A stretch of DNA of 64,000 nt from Camelus dromedarius (Eukaryota). Shown one piece after another: positions 1-13,419 of this stretch (its first letter is position 1; each line of letters starts with the position of its first letter). The position numbers and the translations under genes are program-made. The notes under the pieces were generated by a model. It searched no databases and was not told the origin of the DNA. It saw only the letters and a program-made list of their open reading frames with translations. Where the stretch lies: NCBI RefSeq assembly GCF_036321535.1, contig NC_087436.1, positions 102,984,001 through 103,048,000 of the forward strand, written 5' to 3'.

Positions 1-1164
1 AGCTGAAGATATTTCTAAGTAAAGGCTGAAGGTACAGGTGGCTCCTCTTGATTGTTTACACTAAAATGGGAAAAGAGAGAAATGGCTTAAAGGTAGAATT
101 GTTCATCAGAAAGGAAACTAAACTTAAAGATTCGGCATATTCTCAGCCTTTGCATATTGTAAATCCTGAGAAAAGCTTTGGGGGAAGAACACTAAGGATG
201 TGGCCAAGAAACCATCTGATAAGGAGGTTAGTATGGATCTGTGTTCTCAAAGGAATCTAGGAGCTATTCTCCAAGACAATGGAAGAGTGATCCTGAAGAC
301 AACCAAGTATCATCAGAGCTGTCCCTCTCCACGTAGGGCCAGAATACAAGGACCTTGCTGGTAGACTGGTTTCAAAGGAGGGGGTCGTGAGAGCCTCGGG
401 AACCCAGAGCACACTGCCTGGCACCACCTCACGGGGGACCTCTCCTTCTGCACGGAGGGGCAGCACTCCTCAGCGGCCCTGGGTGTGGCTCCCGCAGGCC
501 CTTATGCAGCTCTGGCTACAGTGACTGCCCCTCCAGAGGGCACAGGCTGCGAACTTTGGTGCCACCTGCAGCACCTTCTCTGCTGGAGGGAAAGGGCCTG
601 GTGGGTGTGGCTGCCTTCACCTTAACTTTAAAGAGCAGGGCCACCATGGAGAGCCCATTTGGGACAATGCCAGCAGATCTATGGGGGCAGAGTCATCTTC
701 ATGACCCCAGAAGAGCTGTGGAGGCAGAATTGCTGCCTAGGAGAGCCACAGGCATGCAACCCCCAACCATGAGAGCTGAAGGGGCAGGACTGTAGCCACT
801 GTGGGTCTGGAGGGCTAAGTACCAAGCCAGAAGAGTTACTCTCAAGCCTTAAGGTTTAATGAACTTTGCTCTGTTATTTGGGACCTGTCCCTCCTTTCTT
901 CTATTTCTCCCTTTTGGAATAGCTGGCTATCATATGCCTGCCCCATCATTGTAGTTTGGAAGCACATAACAGTTTGGTTTCATAGATGTACAGCTAGAGA
1001 AGAATTTGCCTCGAGATGACTCTTGCCTTAAATCTCACCGTATCTGATTTAGACGGTATTTACATGCAACTTTACATTTAGACATTAAAGTTGATGCCGG
1101 AAAGCGTTTAAGATTTTTAAAGCTACTAGGATGGAATGAATACATTTTGCAGAAGAGAAGGAGG
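1..1164 (+). mobile_element. MaLR (ERVL-MaLR) internal region, MLT1A/MLT1-int-like; 5' part lies outside the window
   Basis: Resembles recalled MLT1-int 3' sequence (TTTGGAAGCACATAAC...CAGCTAGAGAAGAATTTGCCTC...ATCTGATTTAGA...GGATGGAATGAATACATTTTGC). It is followed by a purine-rich tract and then an LTR. Confidence 0.8.
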
Positions 1165-1502
1165 CCATGGGCAGACTGAGTGTTTATATTCTCCCCGTAT
1201 TCACAAGCTAAATCCTAATGCCTAATATATGTTATTTGGAAGGAGGGTCTTTGATAGGCGACTAGGTCATAAGGGTGGAGCCCTCATGATTGGGTTAGTG
1301 CCTTCATAAAAGAGGCCCCCAGAGTTCCCTCAGCCTTTCCAGCACGTGAGGACAAAGGGAGAAGACAGACACCTATGAGCCAGGAAGATGGTGACGTTAT
1401 CTTGGACTTTCCAACTCGAAAATTATAAAAAATACATTTATCTTGTTGATAAGCCACCCAGTCTATTGTGTTTTGTTACAGCAGCCTGAATGGACTAAGA
1501 CG
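1165..1502 (+). mobile_element. MaLR LTR, MLT1A/MLT1A0-like (3' LTR of the element above)
   Basis: Diagnostic MLT1A motifs: GGGTGGAGCCCTCATGATTGGGTTAGTGCC, AAGCCACCCAGTCTA, and terminal GCAGCCTGAATGGACTAAGAC. Confidence 0.85.
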
Positions 1503-1767
1503 GTCAGAGTCATAGAAGGAAATGTGACAATGGAAACAGAGATTGGAGTGATGCAGCCAAGGACTGTGGCTCATCTCTAGAAGCAGCAAAAAGGTGGAGA
1601 AACATGTTCTTCTTAAAGTCCTCAGATTTTATTTTGGTTTCATTTGAATTTAGTCTACTAAAATTGGTTTTGGACTTCTGATCTCCAGAATTGTTAGATA
1701 ATAAATTTCTGTTGTTTAAGACACTACATTTGTAGAAATTTCACAGCAGGAATAGGAAGTTAACACA
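1503..1767 (+). mobile_element. 3' half of an MLT1C/D-like MaLR LTR
   Basis: GAGATTGGAGTGATGCAGCC...GGACTTCTGATCTCCAGAATTG...ATAAATTTCTGTTGTTTAAG...GGAAGTTAACACA. Confidence 0.75.
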
Positions 1768-2224
1768 AGCATCATCCAGGAGAGGGAAGAAATGAATAAT
1801 TTGTAACAGAGGGTAACCATGTTAATGAAACCCTCGAGAAGACAAGCAAGTTAAAGAGATGGCCTTTGACAGAAATGAAGACATTTCATCCAATGTAAAG
1901 AGGAGAAAGCAGAGAGACTGACATGCAGATAGATTTGATGGTGTAAAGATAGAGTTCCAGTTGGAATGCATTTATCTTTCGCATGAAATATAAATATGGG
2001 AGATAATATATCAAGAGATAATTGAAGAAGGATGAATAGATATAAGATAATCCTTTTACAATATGGAAAAGGTTGCATACTAGGGTCAGTGCTATATACT
2101 AAACTATACAGGTTTGTCTTCCCCAAGGAAAAATGAATCACATTTAATTTAGGATATCCCATTTAATTTCCTAACTGCTTTTAATGAATCTGTGGTGTCC
2201 ACTGTCATGTATATCAATTCACTG

Positions 2225-2350
2225 AATTTAACATTTGTCCAACACCTGATATGAGCCAGGCTATTTTGCTTAATCTTGGAGTAACCAAGATTAATGATAT
2301 GATTACTGCCTTCAAGATTTCACAGTTTGATGGGTGAGATATGAAACCAG
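2225..2350 (-). mobile_element. L2 3' end fragment
   Basis: Degenerate reverse complement of the L2 tail (AACATTTGTCCAACACCTGATATGAGCCAGG...TGCCTTCAAGATTTCACAGTTTGATGGG). Confidence 0.5.
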
Positions 2351-3449
2351 ACGGTGACTTCAAAAAGGAGATATGAATCTGGTGTCTACTACACCCACGT
2401 GGAGAAGGAAATCCAAGAATAATCTGTTAACCCCATGGAGAAGCTTTACAGAACAGATTTACATCCCTTCAGGGTCTTGGAAGACAAGAATAATAGGGGG
2501 TAAGTAGGTCTGGAGTAGGAGATTTCTGCATTATTGTCTTTACAATGCCGTTCTAATTTTTGTATTGTGGTATCTGAGGACTACTAATCCTATAAATGGT
2601 ACTTAACATTCATTTTTTAAAAGATAATATAACATAGTGTTTTTCCAGGCCCAGGGTAACATTTTATGTTTTAGCCTTACAGAGATCATTTGCTTCCTGA
2701 TTTCTCTAATTTATTAATTGAGGCAAACTTCTTTCTCCTAACTTTCTTTCTAAAAAAAAAAAAAATGCAGTTCTTTCTGTTATTCATTTTTCACTAACTT
2801 ACTGAATGTTCACTTTGTTCCACCAGGATAAAGAGAAAAATGTGAGAAAATATAAGAGTTTGAGTTATAATTCATTGTGTTTATAATTTATCCTTTTGAT
2901 TTGTAACATTTTCTAATCTACAAAAGGGAACCCTACTTCATAATGAAATTGCCCAGGGTCAAAAATCCAAAACTAAAATTATTCACAATGAAGCACACAG
3001 AGATGTAGCAATTAAAATGGCAGAGTAATAAAGTATCACATTGTGATACCTTCTTTTAAAGTAAAAAGACCACGCATTATACTACATCATTAATTTTACA
3101 TGAAAAGATTCATAAATCCTTTCTCTTTGCTGTATGCCTGCAGTCAAACTTCTGCACATTAGAAAATAATTGTGCCTGAATAGATATAATTCATTCAATA
3201 GTCATTTCTTTTGTTGCTATTGTTGAGGGTTTTTAAAAATGTTATTGTTATTTTTTAATTAGAAGAATACATTTGTAACAATTCATGGAATACAGATATT
3301 TATAAGTTGTGTCACCAGTATTACCCCCCCCGTCCTTTCATCTTGCTCTACTTTGAGGTATGCTAAGCAGTGTTGGCAGTTTGGGTTTTGCTTTCAAACT
3401 TACTTTTTTTTTTTTAACCTTGTATAGACATAGATATAGATAAACATAT

Positions 3450-4787
3450 GTGATTTATTTTCCGTTTTTTTATTTTTAAGTTTTGCAAAATCAGAATTAT
3501 CCTATTGCTGAATACTGTGACAGACATACTTCTAAGTCAATGTGTAAATAACAAACTAATTTATTTAATTGCTTCATTTTCTTTCTAACTAAAAGTGTAG
3601 CTTAATTTATTTAACAATTCCATATAATTTGACATTTAGTTTATTTCCAGTCAGATAACATGCTTCAAAAATACCCTTGTATAAATACCTAACCTGGCAG
3701 TGTTTTTGTTTGTCTGGTAGCAAAATTAACTTCTGGTGAGCACTGACATATTCTTTTCCCAAAAGTTTTTTCCAATATATACTGCTGCCAGCAAAGCATA
3801 ATTGTGTTCTTCCCTCATGAACCTGAAAGCAATAAATGCTATCAATCTTTAAAACAGTTGCTAATATAAGAAGTTAAAAAAGAGGTAGTTTTTACTGTTT
3901 TATGTTTCATTTTTCTAAATATCAGTGGTGTTGACATGTTTTCTAATATAATTTTTTCACTATTTTTAATTTTTTTGTGTGTGAACTACCAATTTGTAAA
4001 CTGCCTTTATATTTTTATTGGAATCTGTATTTTCAATAAGCTTTCAAAAAATTTCCTTGTGATTGTAAATTTAACTTCTGGATTATTATGTCTACATTTC
4101 ACTTTATTTAGTATACAAATAATTTAATTTATATAATTATATATGACTATTTTACCTTGATGTCTCCTAATATTTAGTTTTTACGACTCAAGATTATGCC
4201 ATTTTTCTTAATGTTCTATTTACATGTTAATTTTCCAACACATGAAAAAAACTGTATACTATAAATTTCAAAATAATAATACAGTGATCCCTCATATACA
4301 AAAGGTCTACGTTACACAACTGTTAATATTTTATTATACATTCATCTATCCATCTCTATTGTATTTGCTGAACCATTTAAAAGTAAGTTACAGAAATCTT
4401 GACATTTTACCCCAAAATACTTTACATGCATCTCCAAAAAATAGAAAAAAATTTAGTAGTTCATTCAGTTACTCCATTTCATACAGAACATCAACAATTT
4501 TTCCCTAATACTACCTACTATCAATCTACACTATTTTTTTCTGTTTATCCTCAAATTTGTATTTTTTTTCCCCTTGAGTTAGAATTCAACTGTTAGTGAC
4601 ATTAAATTTGATCACTTTTTAAAGAAAATGGCAATCAGATCTCTTTAAGGAAAGGCTCACTTATTTTTCCCCATTGCAATTCTTAGATAATCTATGGTGT
4701 AGCTTTGGCACTGTTTAAATTTTTGTTTTCTGAAACACTTTATAACTGATTTTAGCATCCACTTCCACTTCCTTCTGTCTTTCACTT

Positions 4788-4852
<65 letters not shown>

Positions 4853-5130
4853 GAAGTCATATTTGTATTTATTTGTTTACAGTCAATTACAGAAATGATA
4901 GTAATAAATAACTAATGTTGTTATTTAAATGTGCCAGATTTAGCTCGTACGTGGCCCTTTGGGCTTGACCGCTTTCCTTTTTGGCATGTCTTCATTGTTT
5001 ATTTTAGAGTTCTTCCTTGCTTTCTGACGTAAGATGTCCCAACGTTACATAGTACTTTTCTTAGTTCAAGAATACCTAGAATTTCTCCTAGGATACCTGG
5101 TCCTTTTTAGAGAGGAATGATCTCAGAAGG
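3450..5130 (-). mobile_element. Patchwork of old L1M (L1MC/L1ME-like) 3' fragments
   Basis: T-rich strand with recalled L1MC/ME 3' motifs, e.g. CTGAACCATTTAAAAGTAAGTTACAGA...TTTTACCCCAAAATACTT. Boundaries approximate. Confidence 0.5.
4794..4850. repeat. (CA)n microsatellite, about 28 perfect units
   Basis: Directly visible. Confidence 0.98.
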
Positions 5131-5834
5131 GCCACTTACATAAAAGATAACCTGGTTAGTTTAATTGCTTCTTCGAGGAAATAGTTTGGTTTTATTTATT
5201 CTTTTTGTGTTATTTTCTTATTGTACTTTTAAATTATTTTCTTTTTTGCCTTAGCATTTGGATACATGATGTATGCTGCCACATTCATTAGTTTTGATTT
5301 CATAGCTTTTTCAATTGAAAAAATAGTTTATCTGCATTTTTTAATAAAATTATTTCAGACTTTTAATTTTCCTCCAAAAGAAGTTTTAGTATGAATTTAG
5401 AAATTAGTTTTGGCATTATACTATCCTTTGTTAAATTCAAAATAGCATGTGATTTTAGTTTCCATTTATTTATTTTTTTAACTCCAGGTTAACTTTTTAA
5501 GTGTTACCTTCATATATTTGTATACGGTTGTGTAATGCAGTCTATAAAATCTTAAATAGTTTCCAAGACTGTTGATTATTTGATCATATTATTAGAAGGA
5601 CTTACTTCTTTAGACATATTTAGTTTTCTTGAAATGTTAAACCTAAAGTAGGTTAATTAAACTCATCTACTTTAATTGTGGTTTTAATAAATTATCATTA
5701 TATTTTAGGTGTTTAAAAAATAGAGTATAGCACCTTGATCCAACATTCTCTTCTTACCTAATATGTTACCCCTGTGGGTAAATTAAAAACAGTTTTAGGA
5801 TGAGGAAACAATAGGAAACAAAATAAGAGATATT

Positions 5835-6175
5835 ACAAAAAAACTGCCTATTATCTTTCAAGATGTCAAGGTCAAAGTTCCCAGGGAAAGGCTGAGGAAC
5901 TCTATTGGAGACTAAACAGAGATAACAGTTGAATGCACTGGAAGACCCTGGATTAGATACTGAACAATGACAAACAGCAGGAATAAAGGACATTATTGGG
6001 ACAGTTGAAGAAATTTGAATATAAATACACGCAGAGAGAGAATGGTACAGCAAATTGCACTAAATGTGAACAATGGTTAAATCTGGGTAGAGAATATAAG
6101 AATTCCTTGTATCTTTGGTATAGATTTTAAATTACATCAAAATGAAAAGTTACAGGTGCTCTTAAAAAAAAAAAA
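5835..6175 (+). mobile_element. L1MC-like 3' UTR fragment
   Basis: TGTCAAGGTCA...GAAAGGCTGAGGAACT...AAAGGACATTATTGGGACAGTTG...AATCTGGGTAGAG, followed by an A-run. Confidence 0.65.
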
Positions 6176-7845
6176 GGTTTTAGGATTTGAAAGTAACTAG
6201 AAATAAACCAACCTTCCTCACTGAGGAGATTATTCATGGAGTTCGTATAACAAACAGCAAACAAATCAAAACAAAGAGATTAAAGCAAATCTTTATTAAA
6301 TATAAATTGGATTATGATAATATGCCTGGTTCTATAAACTGATCTGACACAAGTGAAGGATGTATTAGTAGATGCATTTACATATATGAATACAAAGTTA
6401 TATACTTTTCTAAGTTTCTATGCAGTGTATTATATTCAGAGGTTTTCACAGTATTCATGACATGCTTAGATAAGGTAAATTTTCAAACAAATTACTTTAC
6501 CATCAATAGTTTTAAGTACATATCTGATGCTTTAAATAAAGCTATAGATTTAGGTGGAATATATAAAAAGAGACAGAGACAGAGTTTATAAATAAGTTAT
6601 GGCACTATGCAAATGTAGCATTTGTACTGTAGGAGAAAATATTTTTTTCTGGAAAATTTTTGTAGATGTTAAATGATAAAAGCTTTTATTTAAAATTGAT
6701 AAATAAAAATAATGTAATGTTTTAAATTTTAAATTTATTTAAGACAAGTTTAAACATTTTCTTTATTAGTTATTTATGCTTCTCCCTATATGTATTACCT
6801 TCGTTTTCCTAGTCCTCCTTTTTCCTATTGGAGATATTTATCTTTTCCTCAATGATATTTAAGAATTCTTAATCATTAGAGTCCATTAGGAATAAGTTAT
6901 AGAAATCTATCTGTAACTGACTTATAAAGTTAGAAAATTTGTAATTTTTCATAAGAAAGAACACAGAATATCACATGTTCAGGTATTGTTCATCACATCA
7001 GGTTTCTAGGTTCCTTCCTTTATTGTGTCAACTTTGTATTTTGTCATCACAAGAAGGCTTTCAGAACCAAATGAGACAATAAAAAAAGTCTCTTGTTCAC
7101 TAGGAAAGAATAAGAGAGAAAGAGACAGAGAGCTATAGAGACAGAGAAGAAAAAAACAGAGATTTAATACTCTCCAAATATTCAAATCTTTTCCTTCCAT
7201 CTAATTTGATCATTTTAGGTCACATTCCCACCTCAGGATATAACATGTATTGCTCTTTTGCCTATTTAGAAAAATAAACTACAATTTGAAAGAATAAAGA
7301 ATCATTTGGGGCAGAAGAATGTGAAGCAGTTTTATGTATTTAAAATCATTGGCACTGTAGCTACATGTCAGAAAATGATGACTCCAACAAGTATAAAGAA
7401 TATTTCAATGGAGTCATGGGGTACAGCCAGAATGTTATTTTTTTTTTTTTAGTACAATAAAATAGAACAAGAGGGAGGAGCAAGGACATTGATCAATTTT
7501 AATTGTTGAAGGAAATTTTGATAGCATTGTAAGAAGACAAAGTGTTACGTGAAACATAAATAGAAGATATTTCTGATCCATGAGCTAAAGAATTACATAA
7601 TCTTCATGTTAGACATAGAAGATCTTTTTGCCCCATTATCTCTCCTATTTAAATAGCCAAATTCTAAAAAGAGAACATCTGCCCCTTCCAAACTGCCAAA
7701 ATTGTATTCCTGAGATAATTTCCTTATGCATAAATTTGCATAAATTTTTGCTGAAGATTAAATTACTATAAAAAGCCAGATTTCTACCTATGTGAAAACA
7801 TTTTTTAATTGTAGGAACCAGTGAAATATTAGACAAAACATATGT

Positions 7846-8573
7846 GATTCAACATATTAAAGATGTCAGTTCTTCCCAAATTGATCTATAGATTTAGTGC
7901 AATTCCTATCAAAACAGCGGCAAGCTTTTATGAAGATATGGACAAGTTTATTCTAAAATTAATATGGAATTGTATAGGCCTTAAAATAGCTAATACAATC
8001 TTGAAAAAGGAGAATAAAATGAGACTAATCACTCTAAGAATGAAGTCCTATTACATAGCTAAAGTAATCAAGACAATGCAGTATTAGGACAGAGACCTAT
8101 ACATGCATAAATGGAAAAGAATGAAGAACCCCCAAATAGACCCATACAAACATGCTCTACTGAGTTTTGATAGAGTTATGAAAGCAAAGCAATTCAATGG
8201 AGAAAGAAAAGTCTTTTTTAAAAAAATATGATGGAGAAATTGGACATCTATAAGCAAAACAAAACAAATTCTCAATCTAACCTCACCTATCATACAAAAA
8301 TTAACTCCAAACAGATGACAGCCTTACATATAAAGCTATTGCACTTTAGAAAAATTACATTGGAGAAAAATCTTTGGAATTTGGGGTTGATCAAAGAGTT
8401 CTTAAATTTGTCATCAAATGCATGATCTATAAAAGGAAAAATTAATAAATTGGACTTCATCAAAATTAAATTATTTTGCTCTACAATAGATCCTAGTAAG
8501 AGTAATGAAAATCAACTTAAAGACTAAGATAGGATACATACAAACTAAATTTCCAACACAGGATTAGTCTCTA

Positions 8574-8635
<62 letters not shown>

Positions 8636-9230
8636 CACTCAAAAGTCAAATAAATCAATTCAGTTAGAAAATAGGCCACAGACATAAACTGAAATTTTGC
8701 TGAACAGAATATATATACAGCAAATTAATGCTTGAAAAGATGTTCATTATCATTAGCCATTATGGAAATGCAAATTAAAGGACAATGAGCTATCACTACA
8801 CATCCATTAGAATAGCTAAAAGAAAAAACAGTGACAACACCAAATACTGGTGATACAGAGAAATTTGATCACTTACTCACTGTTGGTAGGAATGTAAAAT
8901 GGTACAACCACTCTGAGAAACAGTTTGGCAGTTTCTTATAAAATTAAACCTGCAATTACCATGCCATCTAGAAATTATAATCCTGAAAATTTATCCCAGA
9001 AAAGAAGAAAAATTAGGTTTAGTTAAAAATCCATATACAAATATTCACAGCACTTTTATTTCAAATAGCCCCAATCTGGAAGTGATACAAAGTTCATTTG
9101 ATGGGTGATTGGTTAAACAAAATATGGTACATCCATTCCATAGAATATTACTGAACAATTAAAAGTAATGAACTATTGATATATGCAATAACATGTGTAA
9201 ATCTCAAGGGGGCTATGCTGAATGAAAATG
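7846..9230 (+). mobile_element. Old LINE-1 (L1M) ORF2 3' region, degenerate
   Basis: ORF 7863-8087 (MSVLPKLIYRFSAIPIK...DKFILKLIWN) and ORF 8228-8425 (YHTKINSK) match L1 ORF2p. Many stops and frameshifts. Confidence 0.92.
8576..8631. repeat. (TA)n microsatellite inside L1
   Basis: Directly visible, about 27 units. Confidence 0.98.
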
Positions 9231-9819
9231 ACAACTCCAACTGTGACATTTCTAAAAATGTCAGGTGGGGAACTCCACAAAAAGACAAATAAGCTGAGCT
9301 GAGTAGTTTCATGGTCAAAAGAAATAAAGCAAAATTATTATTCATAACCACATACGGCAAGGAATAGCAGTTATGGCAAGCAAGAAATTGAAAATCTTGG
9401 GAAAAAGGGAATGAGCAGGAGATATTTGGAGGAATATGCAGGAAGTGAAAGATAAGGCAGAAACATAAACTACCTGGCTAAACAGTGAAGTGATGTCCCA
9501 ACACAGAGGCAGTCTGACAAGACAGGGAAAGGAAGTGGTTTTTTGTTTGTTTTTAGTTTTATGTTTTTTTTATTTTTTGGTTTTTGCTCCAGGTGTTTAA
9601 AGAAATCTGTGACAACTCACTAGATGACCATGGATGTAACAGAACAGGGACTTCAGTGGTCAAATATGACAAAGAATATAGCCTTCACAAAAAAATAGCT
9701 AAAAAAGTCACTAAACAGCAGCCTAGATTTCAGAGTGTTCCTATCTCCCCTACTAGGAACTTCAGTTAAACATGTACTAATACACATAAGTTGTTCCTCA
9801 GCTTGTTTATTATTTTTTC

Positions 9820-10945
9820 TTTTAAGTCTGTTTTATTTTGGATACTTTCTACTGTTACGTTTTCAAGTTCAGCTATCTTTTCTTTTATAATCTATAATCT
9901 CTTGACCGTCTCATCCAAGTAATTTTTAAAATCTCAGGCATGATTTTCCTTTCTATAAATTCAATTTATTTTTGTAATTTTTTTCATGTCTATATTTAAC
10001 ACATTTAATCTTTGCTCTTTTTCTTGACATATGGGTTACAGTTATAATAACTATTTTAATATGCTTTTCTATTAATTCTATGATATATTTAATTTCTGGG
10101 TATTTCTATTCACTTGTTTTTCTCCTTATCATGGCATATACCTCCTGTTTTATTGTATGCTTATCAATTATTGATTGGATTACAAGCATTGTGAATTTTA
10201 CTATGTTGAGAACAGGATATTTTTGTATTCCTACAAATTTCTTGAGTTTTGCACTGTAGTTCACCTAGAACATGTCTGGGTAGTTAATTTACTTAGAATA
10301 TGTTTGACCCTTTCAAGATTTGCTTTTAACTTCTTTACAAAGAAACAGAGTAGTCCTTAGTTCTTGGGCTGATTTTGTCACACTACTGAGGCAACACCCT
10401 TTTGACTATTCTGCTCAGTGGCCCATGAATTATGACATTTTCAACTCTGGCTAGTAGGAGCATAAGTTATTCTCAGCTCTATGCAAGCTCCAGGATTTTA
10501 TCTGCTGCTCCACTTTGGTAGATTTTTCATGGCACTGGGTAGTTCTCTTAACCACATGCACTGATCAGTGCCCAGTTGAAGACTCAGTGGATCGCTACAG
10601 ATCTCTGAAACTCCTTCTTTGTGCAGCTTTTTCCTCTCAGGTGCTGTCCACTGTAAAGTGTAGCTGCCCTTCCTTCCCTAGACTTCCATTCCAAAATCCT
10701 CAGCACAGGGAAACTCTCAGGCTCTAACTGAGCCCTTCTCTGGTCCACTGCCAGGAACATCTCTCTAATTAGCAAGCTGAGGCAGTTTTAGGGATCACCT
10801 CATTTCGTCTCCATGGCTAAACTGTCACTGTCCTACACTCTCAATAGTCAAAAAATATTTGTGTCTTTTATATGAAGTATTAGTATTGTCTCAGGCAGGA
10901 CGTATTGGGTCCTTGTTACACCAATTTTCCTTGGGAGCAGAGGTC
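9820..10945 (-). mobile_element. Old L1M 5'/ORF1-side fragment
   Basis: Recalled ancient-L1 motifs: CATTGTGAATTTTACTATGTTG, GGATATTTTTGTATTCCTACAAAT, CACTACTGAGGCAACACCCTT, CCCATGAATTATGA. Confidence 0.6.
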
Positions 10946-11529
10946 ATTTGAAAGAGTCATGTTGCAGTGCTACATGTAGGAAGATCTGGAAGAACATACT
11001 AGATAGAAAAACCAACTAGCAAAAAAGTTCAGAGGTGGAAACGGAATTTATATGTTTGAGGAAGTAAAAAGGAGTGTGACTGGAGAATGTTAAGCAATGG
11101 GTGAGAAGAGAATGAGATGAAATTAAACAGACAGTGTTCCAGAATGATGGCAGGTAATGTAAGCCAGTGTACAATTAAAATTAAGTTGTAGCTTCCCTAT
11201 GAGTAATCTCTAGAGCACTTATTACTGTCCTGGAGAGATTAGATTACATATTTTATGAATTTTCTGGTTTGTTATTTTTAAAAATATGCTATATATATCT
11301 TCTATCTGAAGTCTATTTGATAATGTGCCAAATGTAATTATAAATGTACTATCAATTATTTTAATAGAAATTATGGAAATAAAATTTATCAGAATTTCTG
11401 TTATTATAGAGCACATATTTCTAGCAGTACTATGAAACAAGTATTGTATACATAGAAATGCAAAAAAACTTGATAGATAATTTTTCAAAATTTGACAACA
11501 ATGTGAAATACTTTCAAGACAGTATCAAC

Positions 11530-11899
11530 TGTTATGGGCTGAATTTTGTTCCCCCAAATCCATAGGTTGAAATTTAACCCTCATGTGCCTGTATTTGGAA
11601 ATAGGGCCTTTAAGGAGGTAATTAAGCCCAAATGAGTTCATTAGGGTGGACTGGTAATCCAATAGGCAGGTTTCCTTATCAGAAAAGGAAGAGACACTAG
11701 AAATGTGTGCAGAGAGTGCCATGGGAGGACCCAGTGCGGAGGCAGCCAACTACAAAGCAAGGAGAGCCCTCAGGGGAAACCAAACTAGTCAACAACTTGA
11801 TCTTGGACATCCAGATCCCAGACCTGTGAGAAGATATATTTCTGCTGTTTAAACCACCCTATCTGTAGTATTGTATACTCGATCTGGTAGACTAATACA
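11530..11899 (+). mobile_element. MaLR solo LTR, MLT1B-like
   Basis: Starts TGTTATGGGCTGAAT, contains TATTTGGAAATAGGGCCTTTAAGGAGGTAATTAAG, ends ACTAATACA. Confidence 0.88.
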
Positions 11900-11904
11900 C
11901 CAAT

Positions 11905-12310
11905 AGTGAGTTGTGAAGCTCAAAAACCTTTGCAAAATCTTTATAAAAAGACAAATATGATCAACCTTGATAGTGGAAAGACTGAATAATCTAATATCTC
12001 TATAGAAAATGATAATGCAAAATCTTTGTAATATGAGTATGGAGCCAAAAAATGTAGGAAAAAGGTATTGTGGAGGTATATGAGACTGTTATTTAATTAA
12101 AAATGTTATTTTTCGGGATTTTTGTAATGCTTGTTGTGTTTGCACAGCTTATTAAAATATGTGTATGCACATTTTGCTTTTCGTCCTTATTCTAAAAAAT
12201 GCTCACTTTCATAATTAAGTACCATTTATAATTTTGCATTCTTTTTAAAAAAGTAACCTCATCGAGTTGTGTAAGCTTCAGATTTTACATAACCCGAATC
12301 CATCTCTGGC
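11905..12310. mobile_element. Possible hAT (Tip100/Zaphod-like) DNA transposon remnant
   Basis: The end TGTAAGCTTCAGATTTTACATAACCCGAATCCATCTCTG resembles a recalled hAT-Tip100 terminus. Weak. Confidence 0.35.
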
Positions 12311-13240
12311 TCTGAAGCCAGAGTGACCTGAATTTGAATCTTCAGCAGTTACTATGTTACCAGTTTTTGTTCTGGATTATCCCAGTCTGAAAGAGAAATT
12401 ATCCAACATTTCTGACGATCTCAGTAAATGAGAGCAAATGCTTCTTCTTATATTACATTTTCTCCAATCAAGAGTCTATCTAATACATATGGTATTAGGT
12501 AGAACTGTTTAGGTCACATTCCCATTTTACAGAAGTATAAGAAATAAAAAAGACGTCTATGTCTGTACATATTTGTTTGTTCTCTCATTTGAACAGAAAG
12601 CCATGTCAGATTCATCTATTTATGGCAAGACAGTGTGATTCACAGCTTGGATCTCTAGGATTAAGTGGCAAATCTATAGCAACTGTATCCATGCAACTGC
12701 TGTCCCAAACTCTTTACTATGTTATTTTCCTCACTGTCACTTTATTTCCTTGACTTCTGTCTAAGAAAAATTTCAGGTCTAAAATCTTCTCTAAACTCAG
12801 TATTTCTTGTGTTTCAATCTTTTTGACACTTCTGTCCACTTTAATTTTTTTCTTCTTTTTTCCCTTCATGGGTTCACTTTCAGTTGGCATCTTTTCTCAT
12901 GCTCTAGAATATATATTTTTTTAAAAAGTCTTAGATAAATGGGAAAGTATCAGAAATATAATAGAAAGTGGCATAAAAATGATTTGAAAACTAGAAAGAT
13001 AATGGAAGGAGACATTTTGAAATTAAATGCAAACAGTGGTTCAGAGAGTACAAACAAAAGCAGGTGGGAAGAGGACATTCTCCAACAACCAAGACCAGAA
13101 GGGATGCTAAAAGGTCAATGCATGGAGTGTACTACCAGGTTAGCAAACATTCCCATCTTCCCCAACCAGAGAAGTAAATAGAAAATTCACAGGAGACTGG
13201 ATCAGTAAAGGAACACTAAATAAAACTGCTACTTGGAAGC

Positions 13241-13241
<1 letters not shown>

Positions 13242-13282
<41 letters not shown>
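13242..13282. repeat. Poly(A) tract, 41 nt
   Basis: Directly visible. Confidence 0.97.
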
Positions 13283-13287
<5 letters not shown>

Positions 13288-13419
13288 AGGTTTCCACCAA
13301 AAGATAGTTTTAGGTTAAAAATTACATGAAGGCACCTGAGGCTACATCCACTAACATTTCTGAAGAAATAAATGTTCACATATGGTCTAAGATATTGCTA
13401 AAAAATTGGATTCTCTGCC

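Noticed and set aside
7846..7900. Old and young L1 copies appear truncated at nearly the same ORF2 position (a hotspot?)
   Set aside because: Only two copies, and decayed L1-like sequence at about 7520-7610 makes the old copy's true 5' end uncertain.
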